This document shows, in pieces, positions 35,363-47,619 of a stretch of DNA of 64,000 nt. The first letter of the stretch is position 1. Each line of letters begins with the position of its first letter. The notes beneath the pieces were generated by a model that saw only the letters and a program-made list of their open reading frames with translations, was not told the origin of the DNA and did not search any database. Source of the stretch: Piromyces finnis finn (lineage: Eukaryota; Fungi; Neocallimastigomycota); NCBI GenBank assembly GCA_002104945.1, contig MCFH01000010.1, positions 1,139,966 to 1,203,965 of the forward strand, given 5' to 3'. The position numbers and the translations under genes were made by a program.

Positions 35363-37894
35363 ATGAATTCTTTATATAGAACTGTACCAAATATGTCTTA
35401 TCAAAATAATTATTCTAATGTAAGTTATTATATCGAAAAAATTTAATATAATCAATAATAATGAAATTGAAATTAAATATGTTTTTTTTTTATATTATTC
35501 ATTAAATAGGACTATTCTGAATACGAATGTTCAGCTATTGGACTTTATATTATAAATATTTCACCAATTTTACTTACAAAAGATTTAATTAAAGTTCTTT
35601 CAAAGTATGGTCCAATTACAAATGCTGCTATTATTGGTGGATTAAATGTTAATCATATTTATGCCTATGTTGAATTTGCTGATTGTGGATATGCTAAGAA
35701 TTGTTATGATAATTTAATTAATAATGAACAAGATATGGCAATCATTGGTGTGGGTAGTGAAAAGAGATACAGTACCAAATTAAAGTTAAAGTGGAAAAGA
35801 ACTGAAGATGATCATGAAATATCTTCTATTGTAGCAAGAAGACCAAATAAAAGTAGATATAATTATAATTCTTATGTTCCAAATAATTCAGCCAATAATA
35901 CAATGATAAATGAAAAGAGTGAAAATGAAGCTGATCAAACTATTGACATAAAAACTACTAATGAACCAAATCCAATTGATGCTATGAATCAAAATGAAAA
36001 CAGTGAAGGTCAAAATGAACCAGAAACTGAAAATGTTGAAGAAATTAAAGATAGTAAATTAAACAGAGAATTATTGAAAACTGAAAGCGAACATGCTGAA
36101 TCTACTGAACCAATAATTGAACAAAATACTACCATTGAAGATAATAATGAAGAATCTACAGAAATGGACGAAACCAATTATAATAAGAGTTATCGTAGTA
36201 ATTCTTACTCCAAGCGTAATAATTATAAGAATAATGGAAGAAAAATGTCCTATGCTTCCAGTACTTCTTCTACATACTACCAAAGCGGTACTGTAAAAAC
36301 TCCAAAAATTAGATCTACTTTAAATGGCGCTGCTGCTGAATTTGAACCACAATCTTTCCAATACAAGACTCAAAATCCATATTCTCAACGTAATAGAAAT
36401 AGAGATGGTGATTATTCTACTAATAAATTAACTAGTACTAATCAATGGTCTACTTCTAATGATATTATAGGAGATAATAGTCAATCAAATATATTAGATG
36501 ACAAATTTGAAAGTTTAATGAAGGATGATAACAGTGTTTCTGGAAAGTATTGGGGCGATATTGTTGAAGATGATAATCAAATAAAGTCACCAGTCAGAAA
36601 CAGTGGATATCAATATAACAATAACATTAGAAATGCTTATATGAATACCCCAACAAACATTCCAAACTATGCTGTTACTCCAAATTATTACAATAATACT
36701 ATGAATACCTATAATCCATCTATTCAAACTACTATGATGGGAACTACCAATCTTATGTCCTACCGTCATGGTAGTATAAATTCCAACTATTCAAGAGGTA
36801 GAGAAAATTCCTTCTCCTCCACCTCTTCTCCATCTGTTCATGCTGCTCCATTTATTCCACAGCAACAACGTAATTACTCTTCAAATATGAGCTACAATAC
36901 CAATGATATGTCAAACATGCCATCAACCATGAATACTAATTGTATAGGAAATGAAAGTAAGGCTAATAACACTTCTTTCCCTGAATACCAATGGACAAAA
37001 ATTAATGTTTCTAGACTTCCATGTAACATTACTACTGAACATATTCAAAAATTATTCTCTCAATTTGGTACTATTAAGAGTTTATCTATGAAGGATGCCA
37101 AGGTTGGTAATGTTGTCTTTTTAGAATACGAAAATGCTGAAGATGCTGAAGCTGCTGTTCGTGAATTAGATGATGTTCATCCAGAACAAAAATACCCAGA
37201 ATATGGAATTCCACAAACAACAGATACCATTTGTGTTGATTTTGCTTATCATAAATCCGCTCCATCTAGAAATGTTCGTGCTCAAGTTACTCCAGTTAGA
37301 ATTCAAGGTCTTTCTTTGGATACTAAGCGTGGTGAAATTAAGGTTGCTTGTGTTAAGTTTGGTGATATTGCTAGAACAAGATTATTAAAGAGTGAAAATG
37401 CTCATGGTGCTAAATGCAGTGCTATGGTTGAATATGTTTATCCAGAATCTGCCAATACAGCCTTAGCTGAATTAGCAGGCCATCTTAATACCTTAGGTTA
37501 TCAAAACATTAAGGTCGAAGAATGGAATTATTCAAAGATTGGAAATACTAAGCCATCTCAATACCATGGATTCAACAATCATGCTAATACAAATAATGAT
37601 AATATGGGAAGTGGTTATACAACTTTAAATAATTCTCCAGTTCATTTAGATAGTTCCATGCCTTCTTCTCCATCTTCAACATCCACTTTGAATGAAAACA
37701 AAGAGGAAAAAGATGAAAAGAATAGTTATTCTAAGACCAAAACTCAAAAATCTTATAAATCAAAAATAAATAATGATAAGATAAGTAAAAAGTCATCCTA
37801 CAAAATGGTTAACGAAAACAACAACAGTAGTAACAACAATTCATTAGATACAGTTGTTAATAATTCAATAAATGCTGTTGCTGTATCTGAATAA
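35363..37894 (+). CDS. RNA-binding protein with 3 RRMs and PAM2 motif(s), exons 35363-35419 and 35510-37894 (~813 aa)
   Basis: The listed 719-aa ORF extends upstream in frame to an acceptor at 35508-35509, adding an RRM (LYIINI...IYAYVEF). The C-terminal RRMs have INVSRL...VVFLEYE and VRIQGL...AMVEYV. The donor GTAAGT is at 35420. Confidence 0.85.
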
Positions 37895-38802
37895 ACACTT
37901 GATGAGTGAGCGGAAGAAAAAAAAATTTATTTAAAACTTTTTATTGAAGGGATTATTTAATCAAAACTACTAATATTAGCTACAAAAATTATCATTACTT
38001 TTTTTTTTTTCTTATATCATTTAGTATATAATACCTAGTTAACATAACAGGAGATTATTGTTTAAACAAAATATACAATATAAATCAATTTATTTAACGA
38101 TGAGAAAAAAAAAATATAATCATTATTAGTGTATTTTTCTTATCATTTTAATTATTTAAGTATTTAAAATCATTATTTACTATTCTCATTTTTCATTTTA
38201 TCATTTTTAGTAAATATGTTTATATATTATCTATAATTAATAATTCATATATATATTATAAAAGCATCTAGTTATAATATGTTATATCCATTGTATAATT
38301 AGATTACTTTAAAATTTATTCAAATAGTTATGTAATTTTATATATATTATATATATTTAGTTATCAAAATTTTCAATTATTTTTTATTAATTAATTTTTT
38401 GTAAAAAAAAAAAAAAAAAAAAAGAATTAACAAATAACAAAAAAATAATAATAAAGAAATAAAATGAAAATAAAATAAATAATAAAAATTTATTTAAATA
38501 ATTGAAGAAAATAAGTTTTTTAAATAAATATTTTTTTTATATAAAAAGTATGTATAAACAATAATAAATGCATATATTTTAACAAATATTTTTTTTTTTA
38601 TTTTGAAAAATTTATATAAATTTTGAAGATAGAACTTTATTTTTATCTCTCTTTTTTTTTTATAATAAATTGATAAAAATATTGAATTATCAGTTTATGG
38701 TTCTTCTAAATAAAATTATTCTTATTAAAATTATTTAGTAGTGTTTCATATTCAATATAGATTAAAGATGACAACCAGGAATATTAATATTATTGGAATA
38801 AT

Positions 38803-41370
38803 AAGATGGATTAATAAGTAATGATTCTAATAATGCTACAGATAATAATTCTTCCGGTAATACTACTTCAGATAATGATGCTCATGGTTTAAATTTTATT
38901 CTTAAATTATTCAACCGTATTTGGGATGGAGACTTCCCCAACTCATGGAATGAATCCAGTATTGTTTCTATTCCTAAGAAGGGAGATTTGACAGATTGTG
39001 ATAACTATCGAGGTATATCACTTATCAATAATGGCATTAAGTTGATTTCCAAAATTGTCACCACTAGAATCTCAGAAAATGGTCTAAAGAATAATTTCAT
39101 TAGACCTGAACAATTTGGTTTTCGAAAAAAGGAAGAAAGTATCAGTCTTTTCATTTCAATCCAAGAAATATGCCGTAGACGTCAATTAGATAATAAAGAG
39201 ACATATTTGGCCTTTTTAGATCTCAGGAAAGCATACGATTCAGTCCCAATCGGTAATATTCTCCATAAATTAGATTGTTTAGGAATCCGAGGTAAGAGTT
39301 TACAATTTATCAAAAATTTATATTTAACATCTAAGGCTAATGTCAAATTAGATGGACAATTCTCGAAATCTTTTGATGTGAAGAAAGGAGTCCGTCAAGG
39401 ATGCCCTCTTTCTCCTATTCTCTTTAATCTCTTTATTAATGATATATTTAGAGAGTGCGAAGATCTAGGAGTCAGTTTAGGTGACACTCGATGCTGTGGT
39501 GGACTTTTTGCAGATGATATAGTTATTTGTGCTCCAACAAGAGGATGCTTAAAAAAGATGCTTAGAAGAGTTAATGAATGGGCATTGTATAATGAAATGG
39601 AATTTGGTATCCAGAAATGTTCAACGATGGTGATTCGTCCTGAATCAATAGAAAATCAGAACAAGAGAGATCCAACATTCTACTTAGCAGGACAACCCAT
39701 TCCAACTACTGATTGCTATACTTATCTTGGTGTTCCATTTGATAAGAATCTGTCCCTTAAACCAGTAATTAAAGCTCTTAATAACAAGGTTTTGAAAGGG
39801 CTTTTCTCAGTCAGTAAATTCTTAAGAAATCCTAATATTCCTATTCCTTTCAAAAAACTAGTACTTAACTCACAAGTGATTAGCAGAGTTTCATACTTTG
39901 CACCATTACTTGGATCCAACAAAGCTAGGTCTAGGATTGCTCAGAAGCATGTTAACAAAGGAATACGATGGATTGCCGGAGTTCATAAAGCTGTATCGTT
40001 TATATCTTTATACTCTATTTCAAAAGATTTGAATATTCCTCCATTGTCAGCCAAATGTGCGTTAGCTCAGGTTAGATGTTTTAACAAATGGAAAAACTCA
40101 AATTGTATTATCTCACACCTTGTCAATTACATTCCTAAATTTAGAAAATACACGTGGTGCAAATCAAGTAGGACACTTGATAAAAAATTAAAGAAACATG
40201 GAGATGTTAAAGCAGTTAAAAACTTTTATTGGAAAGATCTCAAAGGGAATTCAATCAAAGCGCAATATTATGACGATAATAAATTTAGTGAAACTAAAGA
40301 TTTTATTAAATTATGTTATGAATACCCAGAGTTTGCCTATGGCTTCTACTGGCTATTGAAAGCAAGAAGCGGATATAAGTTGGATGCTAGAGTTGCCAAA
40401 GCTGCCAAATTTGTTGATCCAGTTTGTCCTAACTACTGTCCATGTTGCAAGTGTGGAGATCAAAGTATTAAACATTGGTTATTAGATTGTCCAACATTTA
40501 GAGATATCCGTATTAAACATTATGATTCCATAGTCCAGCTATTAAATTTTTTCAGTCAACGTAATTCCAATAGTCCTATCAATAATAATGAAAATGTTAA
40601 TATCAGTAGAGATAGTAATAACATTAATAGTAATAGTAACAATAGTAGTAATAACAATAGTAATAGTAACAATAGTAATAGTAACAATAGTAATAATAAC
40701 AATAATAGAAATAATAATATTAGTAATGATAGCAATAGTGAAGATAATAATTCTAATTTAGATAGTAATTTAGTTAATGATAGTAATAGTTCTAATAATC
40801 CGGTGAATATTAATGTGTATGATTATTCTAGTGTGTGCAGTAAAATATTTAAATTCCTTCTTGGGGGAAGAAGTTTTAACAATATTAATTACAATTCAAG
40901 GGAATGGAAAGAACTTTGTAAGCGTCAGATTCAATCTGGTACTAATGAAGGAACACCATTCTTGACGGTAACCGCGGAACTTCTAACCAAAATCATGCCT
41001 TTTGCTATTGGCCAGCAATGGTCAATGTTCAAAAGGTTTGAAGCAACATCCAAGAGCGTCAATGCTGAAGAAACAGTAAGACAGGCCAGGAGGGCCAGCG
41101 CAACCAATGGAGATCATAATTTTGTTCCATGATAAAATTTCGATCTTTGGCTCGGTGTCCCATTGGAAGTCAAATACAATTATTATACTTTAGTATGATA
41201 GTGGCTTTCTTACTTTAATTAAAATTACTAGAATACATTATACCCAATTTTTATTCATTTGTGTTTAATTAAACATATTTTTTTTTATTTTTATTTTTAT
41301 TTTTAAATTTTTTATTACATGTATTATAATTTTAATTAAATTAATAATAAAGTTTAAAATATTTGATGCC

Positions 41371-41408
<38 letters not shown>

Positions 41409-41419
41409 TGGATTAATAA
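38803..41419 (+). mobile_element. LINE copy 2: 5'-truncated, body 38818-41404, 15-bp TSD AAGATGGATTAATAA, poly(A) tail
   Basis: TSD at 38803-38817 and 41405-41419. The 3' end is TTTGATGCCGTT followed by the A run at 41374-41406. Confidence 0.97.
38820..41132 (+). CDS. LINE ORF2 (partial): reverse transcriptase plus C-terminal CCHC zinc finger; no endonuclease in this copy
   Basis: NYRGISL, QFGFR, FLDLRKAYDSV, GVRQGCPLSPILFNLFI, LFADD, YTYLGV and CPCCKCGDQSIKHWLLDC. The frame is open from the truncation point to the stop. Confidence 0.95.
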   Translation, partial: NDSNNATDNNSSGNTTSDNDAHGLNFILKLFNRIWDGDFPNSWNESSIVSIPKKGDLTDCDNYRGISLINNGIKLISKIVTTRISENGLKNNFIRPEQFGFRKKEESISLFISIQEICRRRQLDNKETYLAFLDLRKAYDSVPIGNILHKLDCLGIRGKSLQFIKNLYLTSKANVKLDGQFSKSFDVKKGVRQGCPLSPILFNLFINDIFRECEDLGVSLGDTRCCGGLFADDIVICAPTRGCLKKMLRRVNEWALYNEMEFGIQKCSTMVIRPESIENQNKRDPTFYLAGQPIPTTDCYTYLGVPFDKNLSLKPVIKALNNKVLKGLFSVSKFLRNPNIPIPFKKLVLNSQVISRVSYFAPLLGSNKARSRIAQKHVNKGIRWIAGVHKAVSFISLYSISKDLNIPPLSAKCALAQVRCFNKWKNSNCIISHLVNYIPKFRKYTWCKSSRTLDKKLKKHGDVKAVKNFYWKDLKGNSIKAQYYDDNKFSETKDFIKLCYEYPEFAYGFYWLLKARSGYKLDARVAKAAKFVDPVCPNYCPCCKCGDQSIKHWLLDCPTFRDIRIKHYDSIVQLLNFFSQRNSNSPINNNENVNISRDSNNINSNSNNSSNNNSNSNNSNSNNSNNNNNRNNNISNDSNSEDNNSNLDSNLVNDSNSSNNPVNINVYDYSSVCSKIFKFLLGGRSFNNINYNSREWKELCKRQIQSGTNEGTPFLTVTAELLTKIMPFAIGQQWSMFKRFEATSKSVNAEETVRQARRASATNGDHNFVP

Positions 41420-41520
41420 TTATAGATGATGGATGATGCTTATAATTTTGTCTTCTGACAATTTTTAAATTTTTGGAAAAATTATTTATTTATTACTAGA
41501 AAATAATATATATAACAGGA

Positions 41521-41729
41521 AATTTAGTATAGTCCTAGCCCATTTTTCTGGCCCCTGCCAGAGTCTAGGATTTATACTAAATTATCATAATATAATTAAG
41601 TTTTTTATTATTTCTTTTTTTTTTTTTTTATTTTCAGATGATTTAATATAAATCCTAGATTTTTGGCAATTTTAGCCAGAAAATTTAACCAGAAGAAATT
41701 CAACCTCTGTCAGACTTTTAACCAGAAAA
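41521..41729. repeat. Cluster of nested inverted repeats and TTARCCAGA direct repeats (possible DNA-transposon or MITE end)
   Basis: AATTTAGTATA/TATACTAAATT (41521-31/41573-83), TCCTAG/CTAGGA, CTGG/CCAG and TCTAGGATTTATA/TATAAATCCTAGA (41564-76/41647-59). TTARCCAGA occurs three times in 41670-41726. Confidence 0.55.
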
Positions 41730-44555
41730 ACTATTTAAAAAAATATTTTTGTTAATAATAACAGTAATATATATATATTCATTTTTAATTTAGTGTGAGA
41801 AGATGAATTAATTAAATTTTACTATAATATTTTCGAATATAATATGGTTTTAATAAAATTTTTAAGGAAAAAGTATAATTATTTGAGAATCTTCTTGTAA
41901 AATAGAATTATTATAAATATTAAGTTCTTTTATTTTTTTTTTTTTCATTATTATAATTAGGAAAAGCAACAGTATCATCACATTAATTATTTTCATTTTA
42001 ATTATTTTCTTGTTTATTCATATTCTTAAAGGATTTATTGATTATATATTATTTAATTTAAATATTTTTAAATAGCTTAATAATATATAATTTTACATGG
42101 TTTCTAATTAACTATTTTATCTTTTTTAATTTATTTTATTAAATTAATGCGTAGAGCAGAATAATGCATTTTAAAAATAAAATAACATTTAATTACCTTT
42201 TTTAATAATATAAATATTAATAATATAAATATTATAAATATATAACTATTTATACAACTATAGATATATTAATCATTAATCATTGATCATTAAAACTAAA
42301 ACCATTAAATTAGTTTTATTTTCGCTTTTAAATGAAAATATATAAAAATGTTCAGTATTAGAAAGAATTAGATAAAAAAAAAAAGTAAACGAAAATAAAT
42401 AAAGAATAAAATATTGTTAACGGAAATAAACGGGAATTATATGTATTATTAATATAAATTAATGAAAAGTAGGAAAGTTTGGAATTCATATGTATATTTT
42501 TTTATTAGCTTTTATAATTGAGATTCTAATTTTAATAATATAGATATCATATATCATGTTATTTATTATATGATATAACATAATTAATGATATATTACTG
42601 TTTCTGAGATTCAATTCATAGGTATGAAGCTGTATAACAAGCAAATAAATCTATAAAAAAATCATATTTTATAAATCGCAAAAGTTAAATACATTAAATA
42701 CTGAATAAAGAAAAATCTTTACTACTATTGGTTGTTAATTAAAATACATTTTAAACATTTTTTTAATTTTGTGTTAATTATGTATTTTATTTAATAAAAT
42801 TTTGTTATCATGGTATGTTAATTTCTTTATTTAATAATGAGGAACAACACATTATTTTTTCATATAATAGTTAAATTAAATCATATAAAATTTAAAAGAT
42901 TAAATAATAAATTAGCATAAAGGTATTATGACAGAATTTATTTGTTTAGTTTTTTTTTATTCAGTAATTTTGTTAAAACCTTGTAATATTAATACATTAA
43001 CAATTATTGAGTTGTGCTACACCAATTGTTACAGAATGGAATTAAAAAATAACAAATAATATTTCTTAATAAAGTGTAATTAATTTAATATGACTATTTA
43101 TTTATACTACTATTAACCATTAATTTTTATGGTAGAATGAAGAGATGTATAAACTATATTTATTAATTTTTGATATATATCATCAAGAAAAAAAAAAACT
43201 AATTAAATGCTATAAATCTATATCATATTAATTAAATTATTTTTTAATAATGCTTTATATATATTAATATATAATGAATATATAATCATATATTTTAAAT
43301 CATAATTGATCCTTTGATCTGATTGAATAATATCAAATTAATATATTTATAATTAATACATAATAATATATTATATAAATGAGTGATAATAAAATACTAT
43401 GTGTTTAATACATTATTTTCTAATTTTGGATTTATATTAATAATTGTATAATACATAAAGTATTTATATTTTAAAAATATACTATTTTTTATTTTTTTAC
43501 TACATTATTATAATAAAAAGTTCTTATATTAATATAATAAATAATAAATAACAATTATTAAAATTTATAATCCTTAATATATATTATTATAACATTATTT
43601 AAATCCATTACATTTTATTATTCATTCATATAGTTTTGTAATGAATTAAAATTTCTTAATTGTTAATATAATAAAATAATAATAAAAATTAATTTATCAT
43701 ATATAATTAATATATGGACTATTTATTTTCTCCACTAATAATATTTGATTAATAAAAAATTTATTATTAAAATAAAACAAGGATTTTGTAATAATAAATT
43801 TTTTCTTTTACAAATTTTTACAAATAAAATTTTACCTAATAAATTATTATATTTTTTTAGGAAAAATATCAATAATTTTTTTTCTATATTACATATATTT
43901 ATAACTATAAATTATAAATAAAAGAAGGTAATGTATAAAGAAGCCGTTAATAAATAATAATATACTTTAATGTTACTTATTATTGATTATTGTCTGCATT
44001 GTTGAAATATATTAAGCATTAAATAATTCATAAATTTTTAAAAGTTATTATTAATTATTAATCATCTATGAACAATAATTTCAAAGATTCCAAAAAAAAA
44101 AGAAATTAAATTTTTTGTGAATATCAGACAACAAAGTAAAAAAAAAGTAAAGGAAGAAACAAATATTAAGTAGATAAAGATTACAAATATACTAATAATA
44201 ATAATAAAAAAAAAATCCAATATTTAATGATAATCTATTTTTTCTTAAAAAAAAAGTAGTAATGAAAAAAAAAAATAAATAAATATAAATAAAAATTAAT
44301 ATTTAATAGCTTGTAAAAATGAAGTATTAAAAAAATAAATGATAGTAAAATCAACAAAATTATAAAATATTGATGAAAATAAATCGAATTATATATTAAA
44401 TCTAATAAATGAAAAAAAAATAATAATTGGAAAATAATGGCCAAATTAAATAAAAAGAAAAAAAGAAAAGGAATTAATTTTTTATTTTTTTTATTATATA
44501 TGTGATATATTATTACATTACATATATTTTAATTATATAATATTATAGGAACAAA

Positions 44556-46079
44556 ATGACTTCATTCAAGGTTGACTCAAAGAATGTTCAATACACAGAT
44601 GATGCTATCATCTCTACTTACGTTTACCAAGATACCAGAGTTTCTAAGAAGGACGGACAATTAATTGTTAAGCCAATTGAAGAAACTTACAACTTCAAGA
44701 CCGAAACCAAGGTTCCAAAGTTAGGTATTATGCTTATTGGTTGGGGAGGTAACAACGGTACCACCACCACAGCCGGTATTCTTGCCAACCGTCACAAGCT
44801 CACCTGGCAAACCAGAACCGGTACCCAAAGTTCCAACTACTTTGGATCCGTCACACAAGCCTCTACTTTAAAGATTGGTGTTGATGAAAACGGACAAGAT
44901 GTTTTCATTCCATTCCATGAAATTCTCCCAATGGTTAACCCAGACGATATTGTTGTTGGTGGATGGGATATCAGTTCCGTCAACATGGGAGATGCCATGC
45001 GTCGTGCCAAGGTTCTTGAACCAGATCTTCAAAACCAACTTTACGAAGAAATGTCCAAGATGAAGCCACTTCCAGCTCCATACTACCCATCCTTCATTGC
45101 CGCCAACCAAAAGGACAGAGCCGACAATGTTCTTAAGGGTAGCAAGCAAGACAACTTAGACGAAATCCGTAAGCACATCAGAGACTTCAAGAAGGACAAT
45201 GAATTAGACAAGGTAGTTGTTCTCTGGACAGCCAACACCGAACGTTACGCCGATATTCTCAAGGGAGTTAACGACAATGCCGACAACCTTCTTAATGCAG
45301 TCAAGAACAACCACGAAGAAGTCTCACCATCTACTATTTTTGCACTTGCCTCCATTTTAGAAAAGACACCATTCATCAACGGTAGTCCACAAAACACACT
45401 TGTTCCAGGTGTTATTGACTTAGCCATCCGTGAAAACGTCTACATTGGTGGTGATGACTTCAAGAGTGGACAAACCAAGATGAAGTCAGTTATGGTTGAT
45501 TTCTTAGTCAATGCCGGTATTAAGCCAGTTTCCATTACCAGTTACAACCACTTAGGTAACAACGATGGTAGAAACCTTTCATCACCAGCACAATTCCGTT
45601 CCAAGGAAATTTCCAAGAGTTCAGTTGTTGACGATATGGTTGACTCCAACAAGATCTTATACAAGGAAGGAGAACACCCAGATCACGTTATTGTCATTAA
45701 GTACACACCAGCCGTTGGAGATAGTAAGCGTGCCTTAGATGAATACCAAAGTGAAATTTTCATGGGAGGTCGTAACACCATTTCCATGCACAATGTCTGT
45801 GAAGATTCACTCTTAGCCGCACCAATTATTATTGATTTATGTATTCTTACTGAATTAATGACTCGTATTACCTGGAAGAAGCCAGAAGACAGTGAATTCA
45901 AGAGATTCCACTCCGTTCTTTCCGTTCTTTCCTACCTCTTAAAGGCACCAGTTGTTCCAGAAGGTACACCAGTCATTAATGCCTTATCTAAGCAACGTAA
46001 GTGTATGGAAAACATCTTCAGAGCTTGTGTTGGTTTACCACCACAAAACGATATGATGTTAGAATCTAAGGCTTTCTAA
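44556..46079 (+). CDS. INO1: Myo-inositol-1-phosphate synthase, copy A (507 aa, intronless)
   Basis: [71 protein letters not shown] and LSYLLKAP. Confidence 0.98.
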   Translation: MTSFKVDSKNVQYTDDAIISTYVYQDTRVSKKDGQLIVKPIEETYNFKTETKVPKLGIMLIGWGGNNGTTTTAGILANRHKLTWQTRTGTQSSNYFGSVTQASTLKIGVDENGQDVFIPFHEILPMVNPDDIVVGGWDISSVNMGDAMRRAKVLEPDLQNQLYEEMSKMKPLPAPYYPSFIAANQKDRADNVLKGSKQDNLDEIRKHIRDFKKDNELDKVVVLWTANTERYADILKGVNDNADNLLNAVKNNHEEVSPSTIFALASILEKTPFINGSPQNTLVPGVIDLAIRENVYIGGDDFKSGQTKMKSVMVDFLVNAGIKPVSITSYNHLGNNDGRNLSSPAQFRSKEISKSSVVDDMVDSNKILYKEGEHPDHVIVIKYTPAVGDSKRALDEYQSEIFMGGRNTISMHNVCEDSLLAAPIIIDLCILTELMTRITWKKPEDSEFKRFHSVLSVLSYLLKAPVVPEGTPVINALSKQRKCMENIFRACVGLPPQNDMMLESKAF

Positions 46080-47619
46080 ATGTCTTAATGATGTTTATAT
46101 TATTCTTAATTCTATTTCATATTAGTTATGCAATTAAATATGTGTAATTATGAAATTATAAAAATTCCTATTCAATATCATTTTTATGTAAAAAATCGAT
46201 ATGTATATTTTAAAATTAACTAATTAATCAACATATAAGGCCAAAAAAGTGGAAATTAAAACATTATTGGTATGAAATGATTAAACTAAAAAAAATAATA
46301 ATAATTTATAAAAATCAAAACAAAAAGAACATTTTCTATAAATTTAAATTTATAATTAATAACATCAAAAATTATCAACCATCTATTAAAACAAACAAAC
46401 GACAACACTACATTAATAATATTTATTTTTTAAAACGAAAATAATAAAACTACTTTTTATTAAATTAATGAAGGAAGTAATACAAATAAAACATAGAGGA
46501 ATTAAATAATAATACACATAAGTAATATTATTTCAATAAATATAAATTAAAGAATTTAAATAATAATTCATTAAAGTAATATAATCTCAAAAAAAAAAAA
46601 AAATAATAATAATAATTAATAATTGAATAATTTTTTATATATTTATATAAAATAATTTAATTATAGCAATAAAAAAAATAATAAAATTATATAAAAATAA
46701 TAAAAATACATTTTATATTATTTATTTGGTGTAAAATTCCCCATTATTTTATAATGTTATTTAGTGAAAAATTTTCAATAAAATAAATATATTTGTTATT
46801 TATAAAAAGACTAAATAGTGCCTTTAAAAAAGAAGAATAATTTATTCATTGTGATAATTAATCGTAGTATTTCATTTTATCAATAAAGGTATTAAATTAT
46901 ATTTTTTTAAGGTATTAGAGGAGTAAGTATTGATGTCAAAATAGATGGATACTATTTAAAGTCTTTTGAATTTTTAATATTAATAAAAAAGTATATGTCA
47001 AGGATATTTCTACTTTCTTCAATTCCTTATTAATTTTTTTATAAATAATTTTTTTTCTTTAAAAAGGACTCTATATATAATTTTTTAAAAATTGTTCAAA
47101 AAAAAAAAAAAAAAAAAAAAAGAAAGAAATTAAAGCATGGAAATAATAAAACCGTTAAATAGACTTTATTGGAAAGATTTCATAGGAATATTAAATAGTA
47201 TTAATAGATTCAAACAAAAAATTGTTATTTAATTATGCTATGATTATGTTTAGATCTAAAGTTTTCCTATAAATTCTATTAGACATTGAATGTAAGAAAC
47301 CAATATAAACCGATAATAAACTTGCTAAACTTGTTTGAATTATTCCATCCATGTGTCTATTTTGCAAGAGCGATAATTATACTTTTTAATACGTCTTATC
47401 CAAATTGTCAAATAATAATAATTAAGAATATTTTATTATTAATTACAACAACAATAACAATAATAAATAAATAAATAAATAAATAAATAAATTTCTACTA
47501 AAATTCATGAAATTTAATTTATGTTTAAGATTAGTATTTATAAAATTAATATATTCAATTTAAAAAGTAATTAATATTAATATTTTTTATATCTATTTTT
47601 TCTATAATTTAAAGAATCA

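Noticed and set aside
41424-41458. C/D box snoRNA (ATGATG...CTGA)
   Set aside because: The boxes are too close together, box C is imperfect, and there is no terminal stem or guide.
44868-45901. Short antisense and off-frame ORFs in INO1 (mirrored at 57062-58095)
   Set aside because: They are shadow ORFs caused by codon bias, useful only as evidence of nucleotide identity between the copies.
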